Source: an uncultured Shewanella sp. (lineage in GTDB: Bacteria > Pseudomonadota > Gammaproteobacteria > Enterobacterales > Shewanellaceae). Taken from it: a stretch of DNA of 64,000 nt. A program made the position numbers and the translations under genes. The stretch is taken from positions 44,501-108,500 of the forward strand of contig NZ_CANLKR010000012.1 in NCBI RefSeq assembly GCF_947491715.1, written 5' to 3'. This document shows positions 49,108 to 60,252 of the stretch, piece after piece. The first letter of the stretch is position 1. The number at the start of each line of letters is the position of its first letter. The notes below the pieces were generated by a model. That model worked only from the letters and a program-made list of their open reading frames with translations, did not search any database and had not been told where the DNA came from.

Positions 49108-50066
49108 ATGGGCCAGTTACAGTATTTAGAAGCGATACGAACGGAAATAAGAATACGTCATTATAGCTATCAAACGGAAAAATCCTATCTCTATTGGAAT
49201 CGATATTTTATTCGTTATTCAACGATCCGCCATGGCTCAGAAATTACCAGCGCATTAATAGAGCGGTTTCTTTGTTATTTAGCTAAGCAACGTCAGGTTT
49301 CCGCAAATACGCAAAAGCAAGCCTTATGCGCCATTGTATTTGCATGTCGATATGTATTAAAAATAGATACTGAACACTTAATCTTTCCTTATGCAAAAGC
49401 GCCAAAAAAATTACCACAAGTATTATCAAGTGAAGAAGCTAAGTTGATAATCGATCAATTACCCGGTTATCATCACCTGATTGGGCGATTCTTTTCGGCT
49501 CAGGACTACGATTAAAAGAAGCACTACGGATCCGAATAAAAGACATTGATTTCGGAGAAAAGTCGATTTTTGTGTATCAAGGAAAAGGTCAAAAAGACCG
49601 TGTCTGCATGTTACCTCAAACAATAATATCTCAATTAAACGTCCAAATTACACACGTTAAAGCAATTCATGATCATGATCTAGCAGCAGGATTTGGGCTA
49701 GCATCATTACCCATTTCACTTATGCGCAAATATCAAAATAGTGCCGCACAGTTTCATTGGCAATACCTTTTTCCTGCGAGTCGCCGCTGTGTACACCCTA
49801 GTGATCATTATATTTGTCGTCATCACATACATCCCACCGCATTTTCACGTGAATTAAGACAAGCAACAAAACGAGCTCAGATCAATAAACGTGTCACAGC
49901 ACATACTTTCCGTCATTCGTTCGCGACATGTTTATTACGCAAAGGCTATGATATCCGTACAATTCAAGAAATGTTAGGTCACACTGATGTTAAGACAACA
50001 CAAATATACACCCATGTCATTGGTGGACATTATAGCGGTGTGATAAGCCCTCTTGATCATCAATAA
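49108..50066 (+). pseudogene. intI: integron integrase, disrupted by a one-base frameshift
   Basis: N-terminus IRIRHYSYQTEKSYLYWNRYFI. IntI-specific insertion [25 protein letters not shown]...RHHIHP. Catalytic HTFRHSF, LGH and IYTHV. The frame changes in the T-run at 49492-49495, and the alternate frame reads [20 protein letters not shown]. Confidence 0.85.
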
Positions 50067-50223
50067 ATATCTTCATCGTTCATATTGACCTTACTTGGTT
50101 TATTCGTTAATCAACAAGATCACTTAACCTTCATTCAAAGGCGCTCGTTATTCGACAAAAATCCCAATAGAAACTAAAAAGCCAATTCAAAGCAACCCTC
50201 CTGATTTTTCTTTTGATTTAAAT

Positions 50224-50598
50224 CCCCATCGAAGTTGCCGAAGATATTTTATCAGTCATTGCGTGAGCGAGGGACGGCAGTTCCTTAACGTCCATGTTAT
50301 CACTGCATTTGTGGATCCCTTCACATCAGTGCCGCAATAGCCTTAGTTGAGTCAAGGTCGTTCCTTGACGGCCCTGTCACCACGACATTTGTTAGTCCTA
50401 AACATCAGACGACGAATATGAGGCGATAACTATTCTTGTCCTTTGAATTATAAAGCGCTTTGCTCCGCTAGAGGCGGCACAGGTGATCCAAGAGGGGATT
50501 GCTGTTGATCCCCTTTTGATCCAGTGTGGATGGAAATTCACGACTTTAGCCTCACCGCAGGTGATAATAAATAAACTCCGTTGGGCGTTATGATTATT
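50224..50598. repeat. structured non-coding block downstream of the DUF900 gene (shared 20-nt motif plus internal imperfect tandem repeat of about 80 bp)
   Basis: CCCCATCGAAGTTGCCGAAG (50224-50243) recurs as CCCCATCGAAATTGCTGAAA at 51849-51868. The units at 50281-50339 and 50361-50418 are related (TTCCTTRACG...CATTTGT...ACATCAG...GAATA). Confidence 0.5.
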
Positions 50599-51696
50599 CT
50601 ACTGTCTAAATATCCAATAAACCCCATCATCACTCACTTGCTCCAACAACCCCGCTCTCTCCTTTGCTCGTAAATTGTTGTGGATTATATAAAACATATC
50701 TGCAATCAAAGATCGCTCATCCGCATAGTATGAATGCCCCAAGAAACCAGTTTCAACACTCGTGGCATCAATAGTCTCTATGCCATCAAACACGATTATA
50801 TTTTCTCCAGTGTCACCCGCTCTAGGATAGCCACCATGGATCAGTTTAGAGGCGTTTAAAGGCACATCCTTTGATGAGGCGTACAAGGTTATAGGACGCT
50901 TTGCCTCAACTAAAGCAGGAGCTATTTCTCTTTTAAATACTTCAGCATCGATATCGGGTGCCGCTAGGATGACTTCTCTAATACGAGATCTCACTGACGG
51001 GTTTTCTTTAACCACATTAATATAAGCACGCGTTAGAGCTCTATTGCCCATACTGTGTGCAATTAAATAGATGTTTTCTGCACTTGTTTGAGTCAGAACA
51101 TCAGCTAAGAAATTCTTGATATTATTCTCAGCCCACTGAATGTTGGCTTCATCAAATGTATACTTTGGAATGCTTCCATGTGATGGCCAACTATAGAATA
51201 TTGGCGCACCATCAAAGCCAAGATCATAAGACATTTGAGCCGTTCGGCGCGCTGCATCCTCAAAAGTGACATTGTAACCGTGCACAAATATGAATGCGTT
51301 ATTCGTCGATGAACTGCCTATCTCTTTAGTCAGTAAGTCAAAATAGATTTCTTTTTTTAAGGGCTCAATAGCAAGAAGAACGATATGATCTTTGGCATCT
51401 TCACTAAATTCAAACCTCCAAATTGATGGCGATTCCAACTCACCCATTCTGTGATCCCTAGGAATACTGACTTTCGTTTTCCCGTATGAAATAACACCTC
51501 TTTCAGCGCCAAAGTATGATTTCATATTAGACATATCATCTTGCTTTCTATCAGTAGCAAAAAAGACTTCCATAATGGCGTAGTCTGCTTCTGAACTCGC
51601 CTTTGCTACGATGTTATTTGGGCTTTCATTTCGATTCTGGCAACCGATTACAATGATAGGGATAAAGATAAAAAGTAACGTTTTAATTCTGTCCAT
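50599..51696 (-). CDS. DUF900-family alpha/beta hydrolase lipoprotein
   Basis: FVHGYNVTFEDAARRTAQMSYDLGF...FYSWPS and the IAHSMGN nucleophile elbow. ATG at 51696 gives MDRIKTLLFIFIPIIVIGC, a lipobox. Confidence 0.7.
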   Translation of the reverse strand: MDRIKTLLFIFIPIIVIGCQNRNESPNNIVAKASSEADYAIMEVFFATDRKQDDMSNMKSYFGAERGVISYGKTKVSIPRDHRMGELESPSIWRFEFSEDAKDHIVLLAIEPLKKEIYFDLLTKEIGSSSTNNAFIFVHGYNVTFEDAARRTAQMSYDLGFDGAPIFYSWPSHGSIPKYTFDEANIQWAENNIKNFLADVLTQTSAENIYLIAHSMGNRALTRAYINVVKENPSVRSRIREVILAAPDIDAEVFKREIAPALVEAKRPITLYASSKDVPLNASKLIHGGYPRAGDTGENIIVFDGIETIDATSVETGFLGHSYYADERSLIADMFYIIHNNLRAKERAGLLEQVSDDGVYWIFRQ

Positions 51697-51829
51697 CGCT
51701 ATTATCCTATTTCTGACAATTGAATCGAAACATAACGCTAAATTGAGCCGCTGCGATAATCCATGCACAACTTGATTGTTACATAATTGAAACTATTGTA
51801 AATGATTAAATTTAACCCACTGGCTGTAA

Positions 51830-52095
51830 TGCTTTTGCTTTTAAGGCTCCCCATCGAAATTGCTGAAATGCATTCAACAAATCATGTGAAACGTATAGGG
51901 AGATACGGTTAGCTTTCGCGGGACAGGACGTCCCATCGGAAGCGCTAATGATTTTTTGAATAAGCATGAAGCTCGTACTTAATTGCAGGTAATTTCGTCG
52001 GGCTTTATGGTGAATACTGGAGGGCGAAGACCATAATAATGGCCTCTTTGAGCAAGAGATAGGGCCGTTTCATAGCATCCCTGCTATCACGGCAT
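51830..52095. repeat. second structured non-coding block carrying the shared 20-nt motif
   Basis: The motif at 51849-51868 has a partial inverted partner AATTGCAGGTAATTTCGTCGGGC about 130 bp downstream. The block abuts the stop of a small ORF. Confidence 0.45.
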
Positions 52096-52302
52096 TCATA
52101 AATCCCCTTCTATCGATACCGAAACCACCTTCGCATCAAAATCAAGCTGAGATAAGTAATATGCAAGTAGATTAGATACAACACCGCAAGAGCCTATAGG
52201 AAAATCAGTTAATGCTTCACTCCCTTCGAATTCTAAAGCATCCTCTGCTGATAAGCGTTGCACTGCTTGCCTAAATTGACTCACCAACTGATACAGTTTC
52301 AT
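52096..52302 (-). CDS. small hypothetical protein, possibly a truncated gene
   Basis: ATG at 52302 (MKLYQLVSQF...). It ends exactly where the repeat block begins. No motif recognised. Confidence 0.3.
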   Translation of the reverse strand: MKLYQLVSQFRQAVQRLSAEDALEFEGSEALTDFPIGSCGVVSNLLAYYLSQLDFDAKVVSVSIEGDL

Positions 52303-52383
52303 CCTTTCTCCTACTGTAATAAATAGATCAAAAATAACGCAATAATATTTACGATACAAAAATCCAGTAAACCTATTACAATC

Positions 52384-52407
52384 AAAAAAGGCCAGCGAAT
52401 GCTGACC
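52384..52407 (-). terminator. rho-independent terminator after ruvB
   Basis: Minus strand reads GGTCAGC-ATTC-GCTGGCC followed by TTTTTT, 40 nt after the ruvB stop. Confidence 0.65.
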
Positions 52408-52447
52408 TTCTCATTTTGCAACCATTTACAACAATGATTACGCTAAC

Positions 52448-53455
52448 CTACTCTGGCTTGGCCAAATCAAAATGCTGATAGGCTCTTTGGGTGGCGATAC
52501 GGCCTCTAGGGGTCCGCTGAATAAAACCTTGTTGGATCAAAAACGGCTCCAACACATCTTCAATGGTTTCGCGCTCCTCACCAATGGCGGCAGCGAGATT
52601 ATCCAGCCCAACAGGCCCGCCCATGAATTTATCGATAATGGCAAATAACAGTTTCCTGTCCATGTAATCGAAACCTTCATTATCCACATCCAGTACATCC
52701 AGCGCTTGCTGAGCAATCAATTGGGTGATGGCGCCATCATGCTTCACTTCAGCAAAATCTCGCACGCGGCGTAACAACCGGTTGGCAATACGCGGAGTGC
52801 CACGAGAGCGCCTAGCGATTTCACCAGCCCCCAGCGCATCAATTTCCAGCCCCATCACATTGGCCGAGCGGGTCACAATGGCGCTCAAATCTTTGACATT
52901 ATAAAACTCAAGCCGCAAGGGAATACCAAAGCGAGCACGAAGAGGCGAGGTTAACGCGCCTGCACGTGTGGTAGCACCAATTAACGTGAACGGCGGTAAG
53001 TCTAATTTTATCGAACGCGCCGCAGGTCCCTCACCTATCATAATATCCAGCTGATAATCTTCCATCGCCGGGTATAAAATCTCTTCCACAACGGGGCTTA
53101 AACGATGAATTTCATCAATAAACAACACATCATGAGGCTCAAGGTTGGTGAGCAATGCAGCCAAATCGCCTGCTTTTTCAAGTACAGGGCCTGAGGTCGA
53201 TTTAATGTTGACGCCCATCTCCCCTGCCACAATCATGGCAAGCGTCGTTTTCCCCAATCCCGGCGGACCATAGATCAGAATATGATCTAAGGCTTCTTCC
53301 CGTTTTTTTGCCGCTTCAATGAAAATCTTTAACTGGGCGCGGGTATCATCTTGACCTGTGTATTCATCGAGTAATTTAGGGCGCATCGCCCGATCGACCA
53401 CTTCATCTTGTATGATGGCTTGCGGCTGAATAAGCCTATCTGCCTCTATCATCAC
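52448..53455 (-). CDS. ruvB: Holliday junction branch migration ATPase RuvB
   Basis: Near-collinear with E. coli RuvB as I recall it: [36 protein letters not shown] and [20 protein letters not shown]. Confidence 0.97.
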   Translation of the reverse strand: MMIEADRLIQPQAIIQDEVVDRAMRPKLLDEYTGQDDTRAQLKIFIEAAKKREEALDHILIYGPPGLGKTTLAMIVAGEMGVNIKSTSGPVLEKAGDLAALLTNLEPHDVLFIDEIHRLSPVVEEILYPAMEDYQLDIMIGEGPAARSIKLDLPPFTLIGATTRAGALTSPLRARFGIPLRLEFYNVKDLSAIVTRSANVMGLEIDALGAGEIARRSRGTPRIANRLLRRVRDFAEVKHDGAITQLIAQQALDVLDVDNEGFDYMDRKLLFAIIDKFMGGPVGLDNLAAAIGEERETIEDVLEPFLIQQGFIQRTPRGRIATQRAYQHFDLAKPE

Positions 53456-53488
53456 TTATCCTTTAAACAATACATAACACAAGGGAGC

Positions 53489-54106
53489 CTATAACATCGC
53501 CTTTAGAGCCGATTTGATTAACGCACCTGAGTCCATACCATCAACATAAACTGCCGCAACGGCTTTCGTCGCTTGAGCAGGCTTATAGCCTAAAGATAAT
53601 AATGCACTGATCGCATCTTCTTCGGCACTATTTGCCACGGGCTCTGGCGCATAATTGGTCTGCAACACGAATTCTCTTTCAGAGCCAACAGAGGCTTCTA
53701 ATAATGCTTTAAGCTTATCACGCATTTCAACCAATAAACGCTCTGCCGTTTTTTTACCAACGCCAGGCAGTTTCACTAAGGTCACCACATCATCGCGTTC
53801 AACACAGGTCACAAACTCGCTCGCGCTCATGCCAGACAAAATGGTTAACGCTAATTTTGGCCCAACGCCATTGGTTTTAATTAACAATCTAAACAAGGCG
53901 CGCTCTTGCTTAGTAATAAAGCCATAAAGTAATTGCGCATCTTCACGCACCACAAAATGGGTATAAAGTATCACCTCTGTACCAACTTCCGGTAATTCAC
54001 AAAAGCAACTGAGAGGCAATTGCAACTCATAGCCCACACCACTCACTTCTAATAGCACTTCTGGCGCCTGCTTTTCAAGCAAGCTGCCCCGTAATCGACC
54101 TATCAT
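53489..54106 (-). CDS. ruvA: Holliday junction DNA helicase subunit RuvA
   Basis: MIGRLRG...VGYE, HhH motifs ([21 protein letters not shown]), upstream of ruvB. Confidence 0.95.
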   Translation of the reverse strand: MIGRLRGSLLEKQAPEVLLEVSGVGYELQLPLSCFCELPEVGTEVILYTHFVVREDAQLLYGFITKQERALFRLLIKTNGVGPKLALTILSGMSASEFVTCVERDDVVTLVKLPGVGKKTAERLLVEMRDKLKALLEASVGSEREFVLQTNYAPEPVANSAEEDAISALLSLGYKPAQATKAVAAVYVDGMDSGALIKSALKAML

Positions 54107-54195
54107 ATGACGCTCTCATTTATTATGCTGCTTTTTAATTTCTGATTAACCATGGCCATTTTTTATCCCATTGTCGATTGTTAATGGTAACCAGT

Positions 54196-54717
54196 CTATT
54201 TATATCGGCCATAAGTCCGACGAGCCGCTTTTCCTGCCAGTGCCACTAAGCTTTGACTCGTATGGAAGTGGCACACAGCCACCCCTAATGCATCCGCCGC
54301 ATCCGCTTGAGGCGCAGCAGGCAAATTAAACAATTGCTGGATCATATGCTGCACTTGTGTTTTTTGTGCACGGCCCGACCCCACCACGGCACTTTTTATT
54401 TGCGTCGCACTGTACTCCGCAACGGGCAAGTCTGCCACCGTTGCCGCCACGATAGCGGCGCCTCGAGCTTGGCCAAGTTTAAGTGCTGAATCGGCATTTT
54501 TTGCCATAAACACCCGCTCGATGGCAAATTCTGTAGGTTGATATTGACGAATGATCTCTGATAAGCCATTAAAGATTTGTTTCAACCTTAGCGGCAGTTC
54601 ATCACTTGATGTACGAATACAGCCGCTACCTAGGTATTGCTGGTGCCGACCTTGACATTGGATCACGCCATAGCCTGTGATCCTAGAACCGGGATCCACA
54701 CCTAAAATAATCGCCAT
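54196..54717 (-). CDS. ruvC: crossover junction endodeoxyribonuclease RuvC
   Basis: [23 protein letters not shown] and [12 protein letters not shown] motifs. Confidence 0.95.
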   Translation of the reverse strand: MAIILGVDPGSRITGYGVIQCQGRHQQYLGSGCIRTSSDELPLRLKQIFNGLSEIIRQYQPTEFAIERVFMAKNADSALKLGQARGAAIVAATVADLPVAEYSATQIKSAVVGSGRAQKTQVQHMIQQLFNLPAAPQADAADALGVAVCHFHTSQSLVALAGKAARRTYGRYK

Positions 54718-54738
54718 AATATCCTATATTGATGGAAA

Positions 54739-54919
54739 AAAATGAAGCCGCCACTCGCCACTACACTATATGGACGGCATAACAACAAGGCACCTGATAA
54801 TCCAATATCAGCTTAAAATTCAACTTGAATAAAATGAAGCCGCCACTGCACTATATGGGTAATGAAGACAGCATAATAACAAGGCAACCAGATAACCTCA
54901 TAACCCAATATCAGCTTAG
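54739..54919. repeat. imperfect tandem duplication (about 90 bp x2) in the ruvC-yebC spacer
   Basis: Both copies start AAAATGAAGCCGCCACT..CACTATATGG and end CAATATCAGCTTA (54739-54818 and 54831-54919). Confidence 0.75.
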
Positions 54920-54987
54920 GCGAGCCCGAAAAAATTCAGTCTACATAAGACAAGCGTTAACGCTTTGGTGCCTCATTTTATTCACCA

Positions 54988-55734
54988 TTATTCGAGATTT
55001 TCCATGATTTCATCGGAAATGTCAGCGTTATGGTACACTTCTTGAACATCATCATGATCTTCTAGATTATCAATAAGACGCATAAATTTAGGGGCCGTAT
55101 CTGCATCCAAATCCGCTTTCGTTGAAGGGATCATCGTCACTTCAGCATTGAGCGCTTCAAAGCCTGCCGCGTCCAGCCCGTCTTTGACACTGCCAAACTC
55201 TTCTGGTGTGGTAAACACATCAATGGAACTGTCTTCATGAGTGACCACATCTTCTGCGCCTGCTTCTAATGCCGCATCCATCAACGCATCTTCATCTGCG
55301 CCTTCGCCGTAAGAAATGATGCCTTTCTTATCAAACAAATAAGAGACTGAGCCATCTGTCCCTAAATTACCGCCCGACTTACTAAACGCATTGCGCACGC
55401 CCGATACCGTACGATTACGATTATCCGTCATGGTTTCCACCATCACCGCAGTACCGCCCGGACCATAACCTTCATACATAATCGTTTCAAGCACTTGCCC
55501 GTCAAGTTCACCCGCACCACGTTTCACTGCACGCTCCACAGTATCACGGGTCATATTATTAGACAGGGCTTTATCGATAGCCGCACGTAAGCGAGGATTC
55601 GAATCCGGATCCGATCCCCCTTCACGGGCTGAAACCGTTAACTCTCGAATGAATTTTGTGAATAATTTTCCGCGTTTCGCATCTTGGGCCGCTTTACGGT
55701 GTTTGATATTTGCCCATTTACTGTGACCTGCCAT
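54988..55734 (-). CDS. yebC: YebC/PmpR-family transcriptional regulator
   Basis: [23 protein letters not shown] is the invariant N-terminus. Conserved position next to ruvC. Confidence 0.95.
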   Translation of the reverse strand: MAGHSKWANIKHRKAAQDAKRGKLFTKFIRELTVSAREGGSDPDSNPRLRAAIDKALSNNMTRDTVERAVKRGAGELDGQVLETIMYEGYGPGGTAVMVETMTDNRNRTVSGVRNAFSKSGGNLGTDGSVSYLFDKKGIISYGEGADEDALMDAALEAGAEDVVTHEDSSIDVFTTPEEFGSVKDGLDAAGFEALNAEVTMIPSTKADLDADTAPKFMRLIDNLEDHDDVQEVYHNADISDEIMENLE

Positions 55735-55839
55735 TGATAACTCCCCAAAGAGGTTAAAATCAAAAAGGAAATGAACCTATTCATTCACTTCCTTGTGCTG
55801 TCTATCCTTAATCTCAATACTGCTTAAAACAGTGAGACT

Positions 55840-57621
55840 TTATTCAGCCTCATCTTTTGGCGCTTCTAACACCCCAATACCTAATTCAACCAACTGAGTC
55901 GGATTCGCTTCACCGGGTGCATTGGTTAACGGACAGGCCGCCGTCGTGGTTTTTGGAAAAGCCATCACATCACGAATAGAGCTGGCACCTGTCATCAACA
56001 TGACAATGCGGTCAAGTCCAAAAGCCAGACCCGCATGAGGAGGCGTACCGTAACGCAATGCTTCCAATAAGAAACCAAACTTTTCATTAGCCTCTTGCTC
56101 TTCAATACCCAAAATACGGAAAACAGCCGCTTGCATATCTGCATTATGAATACGCACAGAACCGCCACCTAGCTCACACCCATTTAATACCATATCATAA
56201 GCATCAGAAATAGCCGCCGTTGGATTAGCTTCCAATTCTTCTGGCGTCATATTGCTCGGCGCCGTAAAAGGATGATGCATGGCATGTAAACCGCCATCAG
56301 AAGTGCGTTCAAACATCGGGAAATCAACCACCCAAAGTGGACGCCAGTCCCCTTCAAGTAACTCAAAATCCTCGCCCGCTTTCAAGCGTAATGCGCCCAT
56401 GGCTTCTGCCACCACATTGGCTTTATCGGCACCAAATAAAATAATATCGCCGGTTTGCGCATCGGTGCGATCCAATATGCCATTGACCACATCTTCTGTT
56501 AAGAATTTAAGCACTGGCGATTGAATACCTTCCATGCCTTTATTCAAATCATTCACCTTCATCCATGCAAGGCCTTTCGCCCCATAGATGGTGACGTATT
56601 TAGCATAGTCATCTAACTGCTTACGTGATAACTTCGCGCCACCTGGAATACGCAGCACCGCCACTCGACCATCAACATCGTTAGCAGGGCCTTTAAAGAC
56701 GGCAAATTCAACCTCTTTAACCAAATCTGCCACATCAACAAGTTCAAGCGGGTTACGCAAATCAGGCTTATCTGAACCAAAACGGCGCATGGCCTCTTCA
56801 AAGGTCATTTTAGGGAATTCACCTAAATCGACATTTAACAGCTCTTTAAAGAGTCCGCGTGTCATGGCCTCCGTTTGTGCCATCACTTGCGTTGAGCTCA
56901 TGAACGAGGTTTCAATATCGATTTGCGTAAATTCAGGTTGACGATCGGCACGTAAATCTTCATCACGGAAACACTTTACAATTTGATAATAACGATCAAA
57001 ACCCGACATCATCAATAATTGCTTAAACAATTGAGGTGATTGTGGTAGCGCGAAAAATTGCCCTTTATAGGTTCTACTTGGCACGAGATAATCACGTGCC
57101 CCTTCAGGCGTCGCCTTGGTTAAAATAGGGGTTTCGATGTCTAAGAAGCCATTACCGTCTAAAAAGCGACGGACGCTACTGGTGACTTTAGAGCGAAAGA
57201 TGATCCGTTCAGCCATTTCGGGGCGGCGAAGGTCTAAATAACGGTACTTAAGACGTTGCTCTTCGGTGTTGTGCTGATTTTTATCCATATTGATGGGCAA
57301 GGCAGGTGCACTATTGAGTATGGTGAGCCCTTTGCCGAGTACTTCAATCTCGCCGGTACGCATGTCTTTATTCACTTGGCTATCAGGACGAGCACGTACC
57401 AGACCAGTCACTTGTACACAAAACTCACTGCGCAGTGAGCTGGCGACATCAAAGACCTCAGGCAAATCAGGATCGTAGACAACCTGCACTATACCTTCTC
57501 TATCTCGCAAATCTAAAAATACCACACCACCGAGATCGCGGCTTCGATTGACCCAACCGACTAACGTTACTTCCTGTCCAACGTGAGACGCATTGACGTC
57601 CCCACAATATTGACTGCGCAT
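55840..57621 (-). CDS. aspS: aspartate--tRNA ligase
   Basis: MRSQYCG start at 57621. Class II motifs [18 protein letters not shown] and [10 protein letters not shown]-fold N-terminus. Confidence 0.96.
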   Translation of the reverse strand: MRSQYCGDVNASHVGQEVTLVGWVNRSRDLGGVVFLDLRDREGIVQVVYDPDLPEVFDVASSLRSEFCVQVTGLVRARPDSQVNKDMRTGEIEVLGKGLTILNSAPALPINMDKNQHNTEEQRLKYRYLDLRRPEMAERIIFRSKVTSSVRRFLDGNGFLDIETPILTKATPEGARDYLVPSRTYKGQFFALPQSPQLFKQLLMMSGFDRYYQIVKCFRDEDLRADRQPEFTQIDIETSFMSSTQVMAQTEAMTRGLFKELLNVDLGEFPKMTFEEAMRRFGSDKPDLRNPLELVDVADLVKEVEFAVFKGPANDVDGRVAVLRIPGGAKLSRKQLDDYAKYVTIYGAKGLAWMKVNDLNKGMEGIQSPVLKFLTEDVVNGILDRTDAQTGDIILFGADKANVVAEAMGALRLKAGEDFELLEGDWRPLWVVDFPMFERTSDGGLHAMHHPFTAPSNMTPEELEANPTAAISDAYDMVLNGCELGGGSVRIHNADMQAAVFRILGIEEQEANEKFGFLLEALRYGTPPHAGLAFGLDRIVMLMTGASSIRDVMAFPKTTTAACPLTNAPGEANPTQLVELGIGVLEAPKDEAE

Positions 57622-57823
57622 TTCATTCCTTCCTTTAAATCCGCAAACTAGTGCTTGAGGAATATTCAAAATAAGACAAAAGCGGCATTATAATAAAATA
57701 TCGCCCACTTCGAAACCATTCATCTCTCAGTCGGTGAACTATCAACCAACTTTTTCACATTTATTCTGCCCAAATAAAAGAGCACGTTAAAAACAGCGCA
57801 CACTTTCAAACATAGCGCCACCT

Positions 57824-60103
57824 TTACGTTTGATTTTTTCCATAGCGAACTAACCAAATTAATACCAATAAACTGACCAAAACAAGTGACATAACCACAA
57901 TCAAATCAAGCCAGGTTTTTTGATGGACGCCTTTGACAGGCAAGGAGGATTTCACCCATTTATCTTGGATTTTCCTTTGAACTGAGGCATCCATACTTGA
58001 AAGCACTTTATTGATGAGTGGCGGTAATAATGCATGCTTTGGGTGAATACCAATATGGCTACGTTGCTGGGATAAATCCACTAAAAGCGCCAATTTTAAT
58101 GTATGGCTTCGACGTTGTTTAAGCCTGATCCCAAGATTAACCAACTTATCAATAAACACATCGGCATTCCCCTTTGTCATCGCATCGATCCCCGCATCAA
58201 TATCAGACACAAGAACCAGCTGCAAAGTCGGATGTTCTCTGATAAATGTGGGCACTAAATGATAACCTTCAACAACAGCGACTCTTAGCCCTGATAAATC
58301 TTCAAGATGAAAAAAATTAACGGCATCTAAGTGCGTCAACACGCCCCATGAAGATGGCCAATAAGATTGACTAAAAAGCAGTTGATGTTGACGCTCAGGA
58401 ATATTGGCCACACTGCCCGCCATATCCACTTCGCCTTGATATAGCGCCGTGAGTAATTCATTCCAATGCTCAAAAGCAACTGGCTCAATGGTTAAACCAA
58501 GATCTGTCGAAATTCGAGCGAACACATCACTATTAATCCCAGAAAACTCACCCTGATTATTGGTAAACTCCATGGGCTTCCAATTGGCCAAGTAACCGAT
58601 TTTTAATCGCTTTAGCTGTGTCAAATAAGCCTTTTCACTTGCATTAATTAACCCCCTTTGAGACGTTGAATTCAGTGTATAATCCTGTTTATCTACAATC
58701 CAACGTCGCTCGATATCGGCTAGCTTTTCTGCTGAAAGCAGAGGTAATTGCAATAAATGATTGTCCTTAGCATTTATTCCCTTAGCAGCTGTTATCAACC
58801 CAATACCAACATTAAACGTCAATGATGGGTCCTGATAAAACCTGTCCCATTTTTGCGCTAATAGCAGATAATGCTGTGTTAAAGCACTCGGGGCGATAAA
58901 ACCAATAACATCATTATTTTCAGTGGCTTTAATCATAGCCTTCATATCATCCATGTAAACAATATTCACATCAGACAAACCTTTATGAGTCACATTAACC
59001 GACTCAAAATCACGACTCATCGCCACAGACTGACCCGCTAAAAGCGATAAATCGGTCATTGGAAACTGACTAAATAAACGCATTTTCATCTGATAAACAC
59101 TTTGTTGCTTATTAAAAGTGGGCTGACTCATACCATTATTGAAGTAAGCTAATATTCCATCTAGCCGCCCAGCGTTCAACGCCTTAACATTGGCTTGATG
59201 TTCATCAAACACAAAATCCACTTTCACACCCGACTGTTGTGACCAAGCGTGCCAAATATCAACCAATAATCCATGAGCAAGTCCATCAATACCAATACTG
59301 GCATAAGGCGCAAACGCCAATGGAAGCCCTAAAGTCAAATGAGCCTGACCTTGCCCTTTACCTAACCATTTTTGCGTCAATAATGCTGTGGCCATATTGT
59401 TCGTATAAAGTTGACTCACCTTTTCGATAAGCGGCAACTGACTTGACAACGCCCAAGGATGAAACAGTGACTGCTTTAACAGCAAGAGGTGGTAACTTTG
59501 TAACCCCTTTGTCACTTGCCGCTCTGCTTGATGACTAGCTAATAGCCCCTCCGTTGCCGCAATGATATAAACTTGACTCTTTTCAGCGCCAAGCAGCAAC
59601 GCATTTCTGTCCGCATAATAATGTAACCGTAAAAAAGTAAAATCCGTTTCCAAAACGCTTGCAGCTGAACTTCCCCTTACCACACCAATTGTAAATGCCG
59701 ATAATGTCTTAATATCATTAGGTACCGATAAGGCTTGGTGCAAGTACAAATAATGGTTCACACTGGTTAACGCCGCTAGTGCTGCAAATTGACTATCAAT
59801 AGGCTTATTTGATTTAACAACCCCAATATGTAAATCGATTTTTTTATCCATGAGTGATTGTTTAACTTCATTATTTTCAAGTGCAGTAAACTGGATCTGC
59901 GTTTGTGTTTCTTTAGCCCATAAGCGCCAACGATCAACTAATAAACCCGCAGGTTTCCCCATCTCATCGATAAATTGCAGTGGGTAAGCCTGTCCATCCA
60001 TACCTAAAATCAGATCTTTATCCCTTCCCTCTTCATCAGCGATAACAAAGGAGGCCAGACTATAACTGCCTAAAATGAACATAAAATAAACGAGAATTTT
60101 CAA
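57824..60103 (-). CDS. periplasmic protein with three tandem SBP_bac_3/Venus-flytrap domains and one C-terminal TM helix, with no cytoplasmic output domain
   Basis: Three repeats of the motif context (LILGMDGQAYPLQFID, LTLGLPLAFAPYASIG, LKIGYLANWKPMEFTN). It ends WLDLIVVMSLVLVSLLVLIWLVRYGKNQT-stop. Confidence 0.6.
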   Translation of the reverse strand: MKILVYFMFILGSYSLASFVIADEEGRDKDLILGMDGQAYPLQFIDEMGKPAGLLVDRWRLWAKETQTQIQFTALENNEVKQSLMDKKIDLHIGVVKSNKPIDSQFAALAALTSVNHYLYLHQALSVPNDIKTLSAFTIGVVRGSSAASVLETDFTFLRLHYYADRNALLLGAEKSQVYIIAATEGLLASHQAERQVTKGLQSYHLLLLKQSLFHPWALSSQLPLIEKVSQLYTNNMATALLTQKWLGKGQGQAHLTLGLPLAFAPYASIGIDGLAHGLLVDIWHAWSQQSGVKVDFVFDEHQANVKALNAGRLDGILAYFNNGMSQPTFNKQQSVYQMKMRLFSQFPMTDLSLLAGQSVAMSRDFESVNVTHKGLSDVNIVYMDDMKAMIKATENNDVIGFIAPSALTQHYLLLAQKWDRFYQDPSLTFNVGIGLITAAKGINAKDNHLLQLPLLSAEKLADIERRWIVDKQDYTLNSTSQRGLINASEKAYLTQLKRLKIGYLANWKPMEFTNNQGEFSGINSDVFARISTDLGLTIEPVAFEHWNELLTALYQGEVDMAGSVANIPERQHQLLFSQSYWPSSWGVLTHLDAVNFFHLEDLSGLRVAVVEGYHLVPTFIREHPTLQLVLVSDIDAGIDAMTKGNADVFIDKLVNLGIRLKQRRSHTLKLALLVDLSQQRSHIGIHPKHALLPPLINKVLSSMDASVQRKIQDKWVKSSLPVKGVHQKTWLDLIVVMSLVLVSLLVLIWLVRYGKNQT

Positions 60104-60252
60104 TGATGATCCTAATGTTGATATACTGATGTGACAAAGATGTATCTAAAATGATATTAAACCGAATTTTTCTAAAGATTTCCAGTGCTAGTCAGCCGAG
60201 TAATTGCTATCATACAGCCAATAATGGGCTCTATTTTCACACTGTAAACGAA

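Noticed and set aside
50067-52440. The region right of intI as a second integron cassette array.
   Set aside because: It lies downstream of the integrase gene rather than upstream and divergent. The structured blocks are 250-370 bp, far longer than attC sites, and I could not pair GTTATGA at 50587 with a matching inverse core within 150 bp.
54107-54195. A LexA box upstream of ruvA, as in E. coli.
   Set aside because: The best candidate, CTGGTTACCATTAACA on the minus strand, does not keep the CTGT-N8-ACAG core. It is too weak to call by eye.
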